A stretch of 53,320 bases of DNA from Patescibacteria group bacterium (GTDB lineage: Bacteria > Patescibacteriota > Minisyncoccia > Phycocordibacterales > JBBUBG01): positions 125,927 to 179,246 of the forward strand of contig JAZKIQ010000005.1 of assembly GCA_040384765.1 (NCBI GenBank), read 5' to 3'. Numbering within the stretch: position 1 is the stretch's first letter; each line of letters begins with the position of its first letter. Below are positions 28,485-38,637 of the stretch, piece by piece. The translations under genes were made by a program, and so were the position numbers. Below the pieces are notes generated by a model. That model saw nothing but the letters and a program-made list of their open reading frames with translations, was not told where the DNA came from and made no database searches.

Positions 28485-29384
28485 CTACTCCTTGCTCTCA
28501 AACGCGGCGATCATCTGCTGGGTGAGATCTTTTGTCTTGCCAATACTCGAGTCCATAAAGATTACCTTGCTTCCCGAAGCGCTCCCAATCGACTTCATAG
28601 TATCGAGATACTGAGTAAGAGTAAGGAGCGCGATGATCTCTTCGCTTTTTTGGCCGGTGGCATGCTTCACAATTTCGATTGAATCCCTAAGACCCTTTGC
28701 AATCGCCTCGCGCTCAAGAGCGATACCCTCACCCTGAAGACGCTTGCGCTCCTTTTCGGCCTCAGCCTCCTTGATCGACTGAATCTTCACGGCCTCTCCC
28801 TTGTTTTCAGCTGCCTTTTTGAGCTGCTCGCTAGCTACCACCTCACTCATCGCCTGAGTGATTGTAGCGGGAAACGATACTTCAGTGATCTGGAAAGAGG
28901 CGATAAGCATTCCCCACTCTGAGAACTGCTTTTCAAGATCGCCTCGGATATGGGTAGCAAGCTCATCTTTTTTCTCAAGAATCCCCTCGTGGGTTTCTCT
29001 TGCTACGTATGTACGAAGAGAGTTCTCGATAATCGCACCGATCGACTGATTGCGGTTGGTGAGAGAATAGGTAAACTGCTTTACCCCATCTTCGGAAGGA
29101 TCCACATTGAAAATGAGGTTGGTGGAGATATCAACGATCACCTTATCCTTTGAAGGGTAGGTATTCTTGATGGCAAAGTTCTGCTGGCGAAGCGTCACCT
29201 TCTCTGCGACACGCTCAAGAAGTGGCAGTTTAAAGTTGAGGCCGGCGTTCATGATGCGCCTAAACTTTCCAAAGAACTCGATTACGTACACCGTGTTCTG
29301 CTGAACAATGCGAATTGACGAAAGAAACAGGATAAACAAAAATCCTGCGCCAAAGAGTACAAAGATTGCTTGAATATCAGACAT
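28485..29384 (-). CDS. SPFH/band 7 domain protein
   Basis: N-terminal TM, IRIVQQ..FGKF..GLNFKLP, C-terminal EAEAE coiled coil. Confidence 0.9.
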   Translation of the reverse strand: MSDIQAIFVLFGAGFLFILFLSSIRIVQQNTVYVIEFFGKFRRIMNAGLNFKLPLLERVAEKVTLRQQNFAIKNTYPSKDKVIVDISTNLIFNVDPSEDGVKQFTYSLTNRNQSIGAIIENSLRTYVARETHEGILEKKDELATHIRGDLEKQFSEWGMLIASFQITEVSFPATITQAMSEVVASEQLKKAAENKGEAVKIQSIKEAEAEKERKRLQGEGIALEREAIAKGLRDSIEIVKHATGQKSEEIIALLTLTQYLDTMKSIGSASGSKVIFMDSSIGKTKDLTQQMIAAFESKE

Positions 29385-29399
29385 GGAAATAGATTAATG

Positions 29400-29558
29400 G
29401 GGTCAATGATCGGGATATGCTCGCTTCACTTCGCTTTAGAAACCCACGGTTTCTAACGGCTACGCCTTTTCCTCCACGGGAAGGGATACTCTCCCTTCCC
29501 GACCCCATCCCCGCAATCCCGATCATCAACTCCTCATTTCGTTTAAACTTCACTTCGG
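29400..29558 (-). repeat. tRNA-Thr 3' flanking element (antisense copy + core + direct copy of the tRNA 3' end)
   Basis: Inverted copy caatcccgatcat at 29514-29526 and direct copy at 29404-29416; GGGGTC-hairpin core between them. Confidence 0.75.
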
Positions 29559-29631
29559 AGCCAATGATCGGGATTGAACCGATGACCCCCACCTTACCAT
29601 GGTGGTGCTCTACCAGCTGAGCTACATTGGC
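29559..29631 (-). tRNA. tRNA-Thr (anticodon GGT)
   Basis: GCCAATG...CCACC AT GGT AA GGTGG...TTCAATC...CATTGGC T. Confidence 0.93.
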
Positions 29632-29722
29632 GTAGTGAGTGAGCGAAAAGAAAAAGAAATAATAATTTATTTTTCTGAATCGCGAAGGAGCGCCCCCAAT
29701 GTATGGTAATCCATACATTGGG
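29632..29722 (-). repeat. tRNA-Thr 5' flanking element
   Basis: ccaatgta/tacattgg hairpin matching the tRNA 5' end, plus a core shared with the element at 30773-30865. Confidence 0.7.
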
Positions 29723-29827
29723 GAGGCCCTTTTCTCCCCCAACTAACAAAGTCGATACTACAGGAAAAATGCCGTATTTTCAATGACGCCCGATCAAGCA
29801 AGGCGTTCGTGGTATTCTATCCGCATC

Positions 29828-30418
29828 ATGGAAAACAGCTCATTTCTGCCCCCAGAATTTATTCTATTTGATACGGAATACACTACATGGGAAGGCACTC
29901 ATGAACGCAACTGGAGCGGGCCAAATGAATATCGTGAAATCGTACAGATAGGAGCGATCCGCATAAAGGGAGCTGCCATGCTCGAGGTAGATAGCTGTCT
30001 CCTGTACACAAAACCCCTCAAAAACCCTATTCTTTCAGCTTACTTTACAGAGCTTACAGGAATATCACAGGAAACCGTGGAGAAAGAAGGACTTCCTTTT
30101 GCTGCAGCACTTGATCGCTTCAAAACATGGTGCGGTGAAACAACGCTCTATTCGTATGGTAACGATGGGACTATTCTGGAAGAAAACTGCGTTCTTATAG
30201 ATACACGAAATCCCTTTTCACCCTCGGACTTTTCTGATATTCGAACCGTATTCGAGCAAAATGGGATAGATACGAAAGGATATATCTCAAGCACCATCGT
30301 ACGAGCATTTGGAAAAGAGCCAACGCGAAGGGGCCACGATGCACTCAGCGATGCACGGCTCATCTTGGATGCTTTGCATGAGCTAGCCGTTTTCCGAAAA
30401 CGCTCCGCCATAAACTAA
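29828..30418 (+). CDS. DEDDh 3'-5' exonuclease (ERI-1/KapD-like)
   Basis: FDTEYT, EIVQIGA, LTGISQ, HDALSDA. Confidence 0.88.
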   Translation: MENSSFLPPEFILFDTEYTTWEGTHERNWSGPNEYREIVQIGAIRIKGAAMLEVDSCLLYTKPLKNPILSAYFTELTGISQETVEKEGLPFAAALDRFKTWCGETTLYSYGNDGTILEENCVLIDTRNPFSPSDFSDIRTVFEQNGIDTKGYISSTIVRAFGKEPTRRGHDALSDARLILDALHELAVFRKRSAIN

Positions 30419-30450
30419 AAACCAAAAAGGCCCGAAGGCCTTTGTTGGTA
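30418..30450. terminator. Terminator hairpin between the convergent exonuclease and tRNA-Asp
   Basis: accaaaaaggcc cgaa ggcctttgttggt. Confidence 0.65.
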
Positions 30451-30516
30451 CAACACATGTATCCCAGGCGGGATACATCACTTGAGACGCCGCTCGCAAA
30501 ACCTGCTTACACTCTG

Positions 30517-30590
30517 CGCGGTCAACCGGGGTCGAACCGGCAACCTCTCCCGTGACAGGGGAGTGCTCTAACCAGTTGAGCTATGACCGC
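30517..30590 (-). tRNA. tRNA-Asp (anticodon GTC)
   Basis: GCGGTCA...CTCCC CT GTC AC GGGAG...TTCGACC...TGACCGC G. Confidence 0.93.
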
Positions 30591-30701
30591 AAGTGAGATA
30601 CGAAAAGCATGCTAGCATGCTTTTCTATCGAACGCCGCGGACATACGACTGAGTATGACCGCAACTCTGACAATCTAACAGACACACGACAAACTGTCAG
30701 G

Positions 30702-30772
30702 TGCCGCTGGATGGAATCGGACCATCGTCTAAGGCTTATGAGTCCTCCGTTCTACCATTGAACTACAGCGGC
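30702..30772 (-). tRNA. tRNA with CAT anticodon (elongator Met or Ile2)
   Basis: GCCGCTG...GAGGA CT CAT AA GCCTT...TCCGATT...CAGCGGC A; paired 1-72, so not an initiator. Confidence 0.85.
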
Positions 30773-30865
30773 AAGCGAAGGAGTGGTGAGGAAAAAGAGT
30801 AGCAATTCTTTTTCTGACATAGCGACTGAGCGCCGCCGCTGTATTGTACCCAGTTATACAGCGGC
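30773..30865 (-). repeat. tRNA(CAT) 5' flanking element
   Basis: gccgctgta/tacagcggc hairpin identical to the tRNA 5' 9 nt, plus the shared core. Confidence 0.7.
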
Positions 30866-30978
30866 GAAAACCGTACTGCTTCCCCCTTCGGTGCGAGCAA
30901 AATTATACTTTTTTGTAAGGAAATTGTCCACGAAACATCTTTACAAACAGCGGCGAAGGGGTATTATGAAATCTCCAT

Positions 30979-31049
30979 CGCGGGGTAGAGTAACGGTAAC
31001 TCATGGGGCTCATAACCCCAGCATGCGGGTTCGATTCCCGCCCCCGCAA
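30979..31049 (+). tRNA. Initiator tRNA-fMet (CAT)
   Basis: C1:A72 mismatch, GGG/CCC pairs in the anticodon stem, CT CAT AA loop. Confidence 0.93.
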
Positions 31050-31240
31050 CAAAGATACAAAGCAGGGCCCCGTAAGGGGCGTTTTGCTTTGTATCTTTGT
31101 TGCGGGGAGCAAGGTGCTTCTGCACCTTACGTGCGGGAATCGAAAGGCACAAGCATATTTTCGCACTAGCGAAAATGCCGAGCCGGGGTCGCGGAAAGTT
31201 TTTGTGACAACAAAAACTTATCTGTGACCGATTCCCGCCC
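31050..31240 (+). repeat. tRNA-fMet 3' flanking element (antisense copy + core + direct copy)
   Basis: gttgcgggg and gcgggaatcgaa are antisense to the tRNA; core ggggtcgcggaaag..tgtgacc; direct copy gattcccgccc. Confidence 0.8.
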
Positions 31241-31280
31241 TTGTAAGGAAACATCCGCGACCGATGAACCCGAATCGTAC

Positions 31281-31856
31281 CTAAATCTTCCGGATTAGCC
31301 CAAACTCGAGGAAAACGCGTTCGAAACGGTCGATTGCCAGCCGAGCTTCTCTTTTGGTAAGCCCGAAGTTTAGTCCCTCATGCGCAATTTTATTGCGCAC
31401 CTTATGCGCCTCCCACGCGTCATCTAAAGTTCGGAAGTCACCCGGCACTACGTTCTTAAGCTTCTCACCTACCGTCTCCCCGGGAATGGCAAGCGAGCGT
31501 AGAAGCTCATCGAGAATCGTATCCGCCTCGAGAATGGCCAGTTTCCAATCCGAAGGATTTTCACTCCCTGCGTGTTTCTTCACCTCTTCCCACTGACCCT
31601 GTCGTGGAGGGCGTTCCTCATCCGGGGTAAGAGTTGGCACGACGAATGAAGATTTTTTGCGAACTTCCCTAAGCTTGATAAGCGCGTACACCAGCCCCAC
31701 CAGAAACGCACCCCCAAGGAAAATACAAAAAAGCCGCAACAGCACTAAAAACTGAGAGAAGACAAGGCTCGAGCCCGAGGGTATGCCGCTTACCGGCTCA
31801 AATACCCACGAGTAGATACGATAAAAAAGATACTGAAGGTTGAGAAAGCGAAACAC
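31281..31856 (-). CDS. Conserved hypothetical membrane protein
   Basis: TM segment then WKLAILEAD..LD...GETVGEKLK...AWEAHKVRNKIAH. Confidence 0.75.
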   Translation of the reverse strand: MFRFLNLQYLFYRIYSWVFEPVSGIPSGSSLVFSQFLVLLRLFCIFLGGAFLVGLVYALIKLREVRKKSSFVVPTLTPDEERPPRQGQWEEVKKHAGSENPSDWKLAILEADTILDELLRSLAIPGETVGEKLKNVVPGDFRTLDDAWEAHKVRNKIAHEGLNFGLTKREARLAIDRFERVFLEFGLIRKI

Positions 31857-31892
31857 TGTAGATTTAGTGTATCACGAACACAAAAGGCGCCC

Positions 31893-33356
31893 TTAGCGAT
31901 CCTGTGAAAAATCTTTTGCGATAGAAAAGAGCGTCGCTTCATCTCCCCACGCGCCCATAAGTTGAATGCCAAACGGTAGCTGTTTGCCATCACGCAGAAG
32001 CGTTCCGGCTGGAACCGAAATAGCAGGAACGCCGGCTATGTTGGCAGGAACAGTAAAAATATCTTCAAGATACATCATAAGCGGATCGGCGGTTTTCTCT
32101 CCAAGCTTGAAGGCTGGAGAGGGTGTGGTAGGCGTCAGAATGGCATCAATCGCAGGAGTATCCTTTGTTCCTGCAAAAACAGAAGCAAATTCGCGCCGGA
32201 TCATATCGCGCACCGCAGTAGCCTTTTTGTAATACGCATCATAATATCCCGCAGAAAGCACGTAGGTTCCCAAAAGAATGCGACGGCGAACCTCGGGCCC
32301 AAAACCCTCCCCACGCGACTCCAAGTACTCATCAAGGAGCGTTGCCGCTTCCTTATGAAAGCCGTAGCGCATGCCATCGTAGCGCGCAAGATTCGTCGAG
32401 GCTTCCGCGGGCATCAAAATGTAATACACCGCCAAGGAGTATGGCATGTGCGGTAAATCGATCGGCACAATTTCATATCCCAGAGTCTTCAGTCGTGTTT
32501 GTGCATCTTGAAATCGGACGAGAGCATCAGGGTCGATCCCTTTTTTAAGAAAGTCCACGGGCACCCCAATTCGCCTAGTTGTGCGAGCAGGTGCACCGTA
32601 TCGGTCGTTAGGTAGCGAAGTGCTATCCATCGGATCATGCTGATTGAGGGCACGGAAAAGAATCTCAACATCTTCGACTGTTTTACCGATAGGGCCAATG
32701 ACATCGAGCGACGATGCCATCGCAATCAATCCATGGCGTGAGATGCTGCCGTACGTTGGCTTGAGACCCACAACCCCGCACAGCGCTGCTGGTTGGCGCA
32801 CCGAACCACCGGTGTCCGAGCCTAGCGCGACAAGCGCCATATGTGCCGCGACAGCAGCCGCAGAACCTCCCGAGCTTCCACCTGGCACACGCTCGAGGTC
32901 ATGGGGATTTTTTGTCGGCCCATACACCGAACTCTCCGTTGAGCTTCCCATTGCGGCATCGTCCATATTGGTCCGACCAAGAAGGACCGCACCCGCAGAT
33001 CGAAGGAGTGCCGTGGCCGTAGCATCGTACGTGGCTCTGTGGTTGCGAAGAATATTCGAAGCAGCCGAGGCAATCTCACCCTCAACAAGAATGTTGTCCT
33101 TAAGAGCTATCGGAATTCCTGCGAGCGGCGAAAGCTTTTTTTCGAGATCAATACGGGAGCTATTTTTGAGGGTGCTGTCCACCTCTTCAGCTGATCTTCG
33201 GGCAGACTCATACAGCTCAACATAGGCGTGAATATCACCGTCGCGCCGAGTAATCTCAGCATGGTACGCATCAAAAAGCTCTCCGGCGGAAAAAAGGCGG
33301 TTTTTTAGACCGTCGTGAGCCTTTTTAATTGAAAGTGTCGAGAGGTCGATACTCAT
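31893..33356 (-). CDS. gatA: Asp/Glu-tRNA amidotransferase subunit A
   Basis: Amidase signature PGGSSGGS, GSDTGGSVRQP, RRRILLGTYVLSAGYYDAYY. Confidence 0.96.
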   Translation of the reverse strand: MSIDLSTLSIKKAHDGLKNRLFSAGELFDAYHAEITRRDGDIHAYVELYESARRSAEEVDSTLKNSSRIDLEKKLSPLAGIPIALKDNILVEGEIASAASNILRNHRATYDATATALLRSAGAVLLGRTNMDDAAMGSSTESSVYGPTKNPHDLERVPGGSSGGSAAAVAAHMALVALGSDTGGSVRQPAALCGVVGLKPTYGSISRHGLIAMASSLDVIGPIGKTVEDVEILFRALNQHDPMDSTSLPNDRYGAPARTTRRIGVPVDFLKKGIDPDALVRFQDAQTRLKTLGYEIVPIDLPHMPYSLAVYYILMPAEASTNLARYDGMRYGFHKEAATLLDEYLESRGEGFGPEVRRRILLGTYVLSAGYYDAYYKKATAVRDMIRREFASVFAGTKDTPAIDAILTPTTPSPAFKLGEKTADPLMMYLEDIFTVPANIAGVPAISVPAGTLLRDGKQLPFGIQLMGAWGDEATLFSIAKDFSQDR

Positions 33357-33637
33357 TTTTCCAGAATCTTTTTCACTGCAATATATGATCCTTCCCGGTC
33401 GGGTGCCTGCGACAAAATCGACTCACTAAATCGCCCTTTTTCATAGGCATCTGTATCCGAGCGCATCACATTGCGAAGGTCACTATCCGCGAGCACCTCG
33501 GCAGGTCCAGCACCAACAGCTTCAAGCTCAGACACGTATCCAAGAATGCTCGAAAGATCTTTTTTAATTTTTGCCATCTCCTCAGCACGAATAGCCACTC
33601 TGGCCAAACGCGAAAGATGTGCGATATCAATTTCCAT
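33353..33637 (-). CDS. gatC: Asp/Glu-tRNA amidotransferase subunit C
   Basis: HLSRLARV..ILGYV..L..NVMR.D..AP; overlaps gatA. Confidence 0.9.
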   Translation of the reverse strand: MEIDIAHLSRLARVAIRAEEMAKIKKDLSSILGYVSELEAVGAGPAEVLADSDLRNVMRSDTDAYEKGRFSESILSQAPDREGSYIAVKKILEK

Positions 33638-33652
33638 CTGTTCGATACTACC

Positions 33653-35665
<2,013 letters not shown>

Positions 35666-35681
35666 CTACACGCCCCAGTGG

Positions 35682-35803
35682 CCAGTTGTTCGTAAAATCT
35701 GTGAAGGCGAGGCGACGAGGAGTAAAAGACTGAGATGTTACGGTACATTGAAGTTTTTTACGACGAAGTCAACGACGCATGCGCAGATTTTACGGGCAAC
35801 TGG
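35682..35803. repeat. Stop-codon-anchored palindromic element, copy E
   Basis: Arms ccagttgttcgtaaaatctg / cagattttacgggcaactgg; the right arm includes the last codons and stop of the pilX-like gene. Confidence 0.75.
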
Positions 35804-36608
35804 AAGCGCCGCAGTACTTTTGGACAAGTGTTCTTTCGACGCGTCTCGTCGATGCCGCATCACACACGCTATAGCCTTGCGAATCGATCTCGGTTGTAAT
35901 TTCACCCGGCTCTACCACCCCGTTAGCGTTGTCCGTCCACGTTTTCTTTACGTTCACCTGGACGCATGCCGTGCGGAGTTTTTGCGCTGGGGTAAGCGCT
36001 CCTACATTTTCATCTATATAGATAAAGTCCGACGTCGCCAGAGCAGTCAGCGGAAGAGCGGCACTCCACACCGGAGTCGGCGGAGCGTATGAGATGAAAT
36101 TAACCCCGAGTGGCTGGCCATAGCAGGAGATGAGATTTGAGGTGGGAGCAGAGTAAGGGGCATAAACGGTACCCGGAACCGGAAAGGGGTTTTCGGGGAA
36201 GATAGCTTGGCCAGCCGTGTTTGGTGCACCGCGCTCAACATCATCGTGGTGAAGATCCCAGTAGAGCACGCACTCCACTCCTGCATCTGCCGCATAAAAG
36301 GCACGCACCGAGTCGTTTTGTGTCAACGACAAAAGCTGCTCCTTGTATGCAACATTTGCAAGGGCGAGGCCAATCGCAAGCACGATGCTCGAGATGAGAA
36401 CCGAGATAAGGAGAACTACTCCCTGCTTTTTATTGCCTAGTGAAGTGAGCGTCGCGAAAGTGTACTCACTTTCATGACCAAACGAGCGACGGCAAAAAAG
36501 GTGAATACCCCGTCGGCTTTGCCGCGGACCCGCGTAGTGCGTACTCGCACACTGGGGCCGGGGGCTTGCTACGGGGTTAATACCCTTTTTATTCTTTACC
36601 TTGAACAT
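35790..36608 (-). CDS. PilX-like minor pilin with an extended leader
   Basis: KKQG|VVLLISVL hydrophobic helix, AFYAADAGVEC. Confidence 0.8.
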   Translation of the reverse strand: MFKVKNKKGINPVASPRPQCASTHYAGPRQSRRGIHLFCRRSFGHESEYTFATLTSLGNKKQGVVLLISVLISSIVLAIGLALANVAYKEQLLSLTQNDSVRAFYAADAGVECVLYWDLHHDDVERGAPNTAGQAIFPENPFPVPGTVYAPYSAPTSNLISCYGQPLGVNFISYAPPTPVWSAALPLTALATSDFIYIDENVGALTPAQKLRTACVQVNVKKTWTDNANGVVEPGEITTEIDSQGYSVCDAASTRRVERTLVQKYCGASSCP

Positions 36609-36609
36609 A

Positions 36610-37269
36610 TTAATTTCTTAAAAGAGCGCTACGCAAAATATATGAGCGTGCCGGAGCGTTGGCGCGCTCAGGCGGCCACGACACCGTGACCGTAAGCCAC
36701 AGCTCATGATCAGCCGCAGACGAAACCTGCTTAAGCGTAAAGGTGCGCGTGAAGACAGTTGGTGAACAGTCCCCGGGAGGGCACCCTGTCTGATAAAAAA
36801 GTCCGGCGGACGTGCTTCGAGCAAGAGGCGTGCACGAGCTTCCACAGGTCGCCACCGTCCTATTCACTGAGTCCACCGTGCACACGGCAGTGCTCGGCGC
36901 TCCTGCGAGTGTCACACATGAGCTAAACGTAGGGCTGCTGGTCGGCCACCGGCCTCCTGGTACGGAGCTGTTCAAAAGATCGTTGTCACGCAAGTTGCGA
37001 ATTGCTTCGACCCCTTCCTGTGCAAGAAATGTAGCGGTAGCGCTATTTTGAATATAAACAGAATTTGATACGTTGCGTGCAGCAACTGAGAGCGGGCCAA
37101 CAACACCAATAAGGAGTATCGTGAGCGCCACCAGTGTTTCAACCAAAGTAAATCCCGCGCGTGAAGATCTTGGAGCTTGAAACCTGTAGCTTGAAACTTT
37201 TGATGCCGAATCGCCTTTGGCGACTCGGCCAAGCTTCAAGATATAGGTTTCAAGTTTCAAGAATGTCAT
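36610..37269 (-). CDS. PilV-like minor pilin with an extended leader
   Basis: RAG|FTLVE, ATFLAQEGVEAIRN.RD. Confidence 0.85.
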   Translation of the reverse strand: MTFLKLETYILKLGRVAKGDSASKVSSYRFQAPRSSRAGFTLVETLVALTILLIGVVGPLSVAARNVSNSVYIQNSATATFLAQEGVEAIRNLRDNDLLNSSVPGGRWPTSSPTFSSCVTLAGAPSTAVCTVDSVNRTVATCGSSCTPLARSTSAGLFYQTGCPPGDCSPTVFTRTFTLKQVSSAADHELWLTVTVSWPPERANAPARSYILRSALLRN

Positions 37270-37271
37270 GG

Positions 37272-37955
37272 CTAGTTTTCCAAAACGCGCTGAGAGAGCG
37301 TGGTTTGAAGCGTAAAAATAGTGGCGTCACCAGCCGCGGCCTTAGCAGAGTTTGCCGCGACAACCTTTCCCTCCACAACAATAAGGACACGCGGCTGCAG
37401 TTGGTTGTCTTTCAGAACACTGTTGTCGGCAAAGAAGGTAAGCTTTGTGATCTCCACGTCTGGCGCTGTCAGATCATAAAAAGAGGGGGTGCACGCACCC
37501 TGACATGACCCTGCCTGAATTCTTTTTGTGGCGGTATTGAGCTTGTACTCAACATGAGTCGAGCCGTCTGCCGCAAGAAAACCGAAAGAGTTGGCGCCAC
37601 TCGAGCACGCCTTCGGATCTGTTATCGGTGGAGGCGTAGCCGAGCCGGATGTCACGTCACAGTGGTAGCTGGTCCCCACTTTTATTTTGCGTGACATCGT
37701 CTCAAGCGCAAAGTGTACGTTGTCCACAACCGCTCGCTTAGCGGCGGCGGATCGCGCCAGATTACCCACAGCAATAACTGAAGAGATGGCAAACGTCGAC
37801 ACGACAGAAAAAAGAGTCATCGCAACAAGAAACTCCGGCAGGGTAAAACCCGCTCTACCACATGAATCATGAAGCATAAAACATGAAGCAGGGCCTTTTT
37901 GCCTGCGGCAAAAAGGCTTCCCTGGATGATTCATGTTTCGTGTTTTATGGTTCAT
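37272..37955 (-). CDS. PilW/PulJ-like minor pilin with an extended leader
   Basis: RAG|FTLPE, C-terminal LQTTLSQR; start at ATG 37955 or TTG 37970. Confidence 0.82.
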   Translation of the reverse strand: MNHKTRNMNHPGKPFCRRQKGPASCFMLHDSCGRAGFTLPEFLVAMTLFSVVSTFAISSVIAVGNLARSAAAKRAVVDNVHFALETMSRKIKVGTSYHCDVTSGSATPPPITDPKACSSGANSFGFLAADGSTHVEYKLNTATKRIQAGSCQGACTPSFYDLTAPDVEITKLTFFADNSVLKDNQLQPRVLIVVEGKVVAANSAKAAAGDATIFTLQTTLSQRVLEN

Positions 37956-37959
37956 GAAC

Positions 37960-38637
37960 TTACTTAACATAGATCTGTCCTGGGAGTGTCACATGTACCT
38001 CCCTTTTAAGCGACCCGTCAACATTTGCAAGAACAACGACCGCTTCTACAAAGGGTGTTCCCGAAGTCGACGCAATACCATTCACATTCATATCCGGCTC
38101 GGGGCGGCGGAACACCACATCGAGCGATGTTACGAGAGGCCCCGTACCGCTTGCGATACACCCAGGCAAAGCAGCTATCTGCGCTTGGGTCGCTGCACAC
38201 AGGCGCAAAATACGCACCGAAGATGGAAGCGTGCCCGTGCCCGCAGGAGGAGTGTCATTTGGGTTAGTCGGCGGGAGCGTATAGAGAAAATCCCCTGGTG
38301 GCACCGGAGCTACGTTTACGGGCGCAGTGTCAGCAAAAAGCACGTATCCTTGGGCTTCCTGCGGCGTAGCTGTACTAAAATGTATCCCGTATGAGACCGA
38401 TACGCTCGGCGCCCCAACACGCTGCACTGCACCAAGAGCATACTGCTGCGCCTGGCGCACTGAGAGCGCCACATCGTTTGCCACGAGCCCAAGAGTAAGC
38501 TGACTGTTTAGCTTTGGATAGTTTGCAAGAACGACCGATGTTAAAACCAGAAAGATGGAAACTACCACCATCATCTCGATCAAGGTGAAGCCCGCACGTT
38601 TAATGCTATCCATTTTGCGATTCGCGATTTTCACCAT
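37960..38637 (-). CDS. FimT/FimU-like minor pilin
   Basis: RAG|FTLIE, RQAQQYA, YGIHF. Confidence 0.82.
   Translation of the reverse strand: MVKIANRKMDSIKRAGFTLIEMMVVVSIFLVLTSVVLANYPKLNSQLTLGLVANDVALSVRQAQQYALGAVQRVGAPSVSVSYGIHFSTATPQEAQGYVLFADTAPVNVAPVPPGDFLYTLPPTNPNDTPPAGTGTLPSSVRILRLCAATQAQIAALPGCIASGTGPLVTSLDVVFRRPEPDMNVNGIASTSGTPFVEAVVVLANVDGSLKREVHVTLPGQIYVK

Noticed and set aside
28360-29631. A32 in both tRNA-Thr anticodon loops
   Set aside because: A32 is known in other bacterial tRNA-Thr(GGU) genes, so it is not distinctive.
29400-31240. tRNA 3' direct repeats read as prophage or island att sites
   Set aside because: Only about 150-200 bp are enclosed, there is no integrase, and an inverted copy is also present.
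29377-31254. ORFs spanning tRNAs and their flanking elements (29377-29742, 30783-31169, 30964-31254); likewise 23439-23702 and 49426-49773
   Set aside because: They overlap tRNA genes or palindromes and have no protein-like features.
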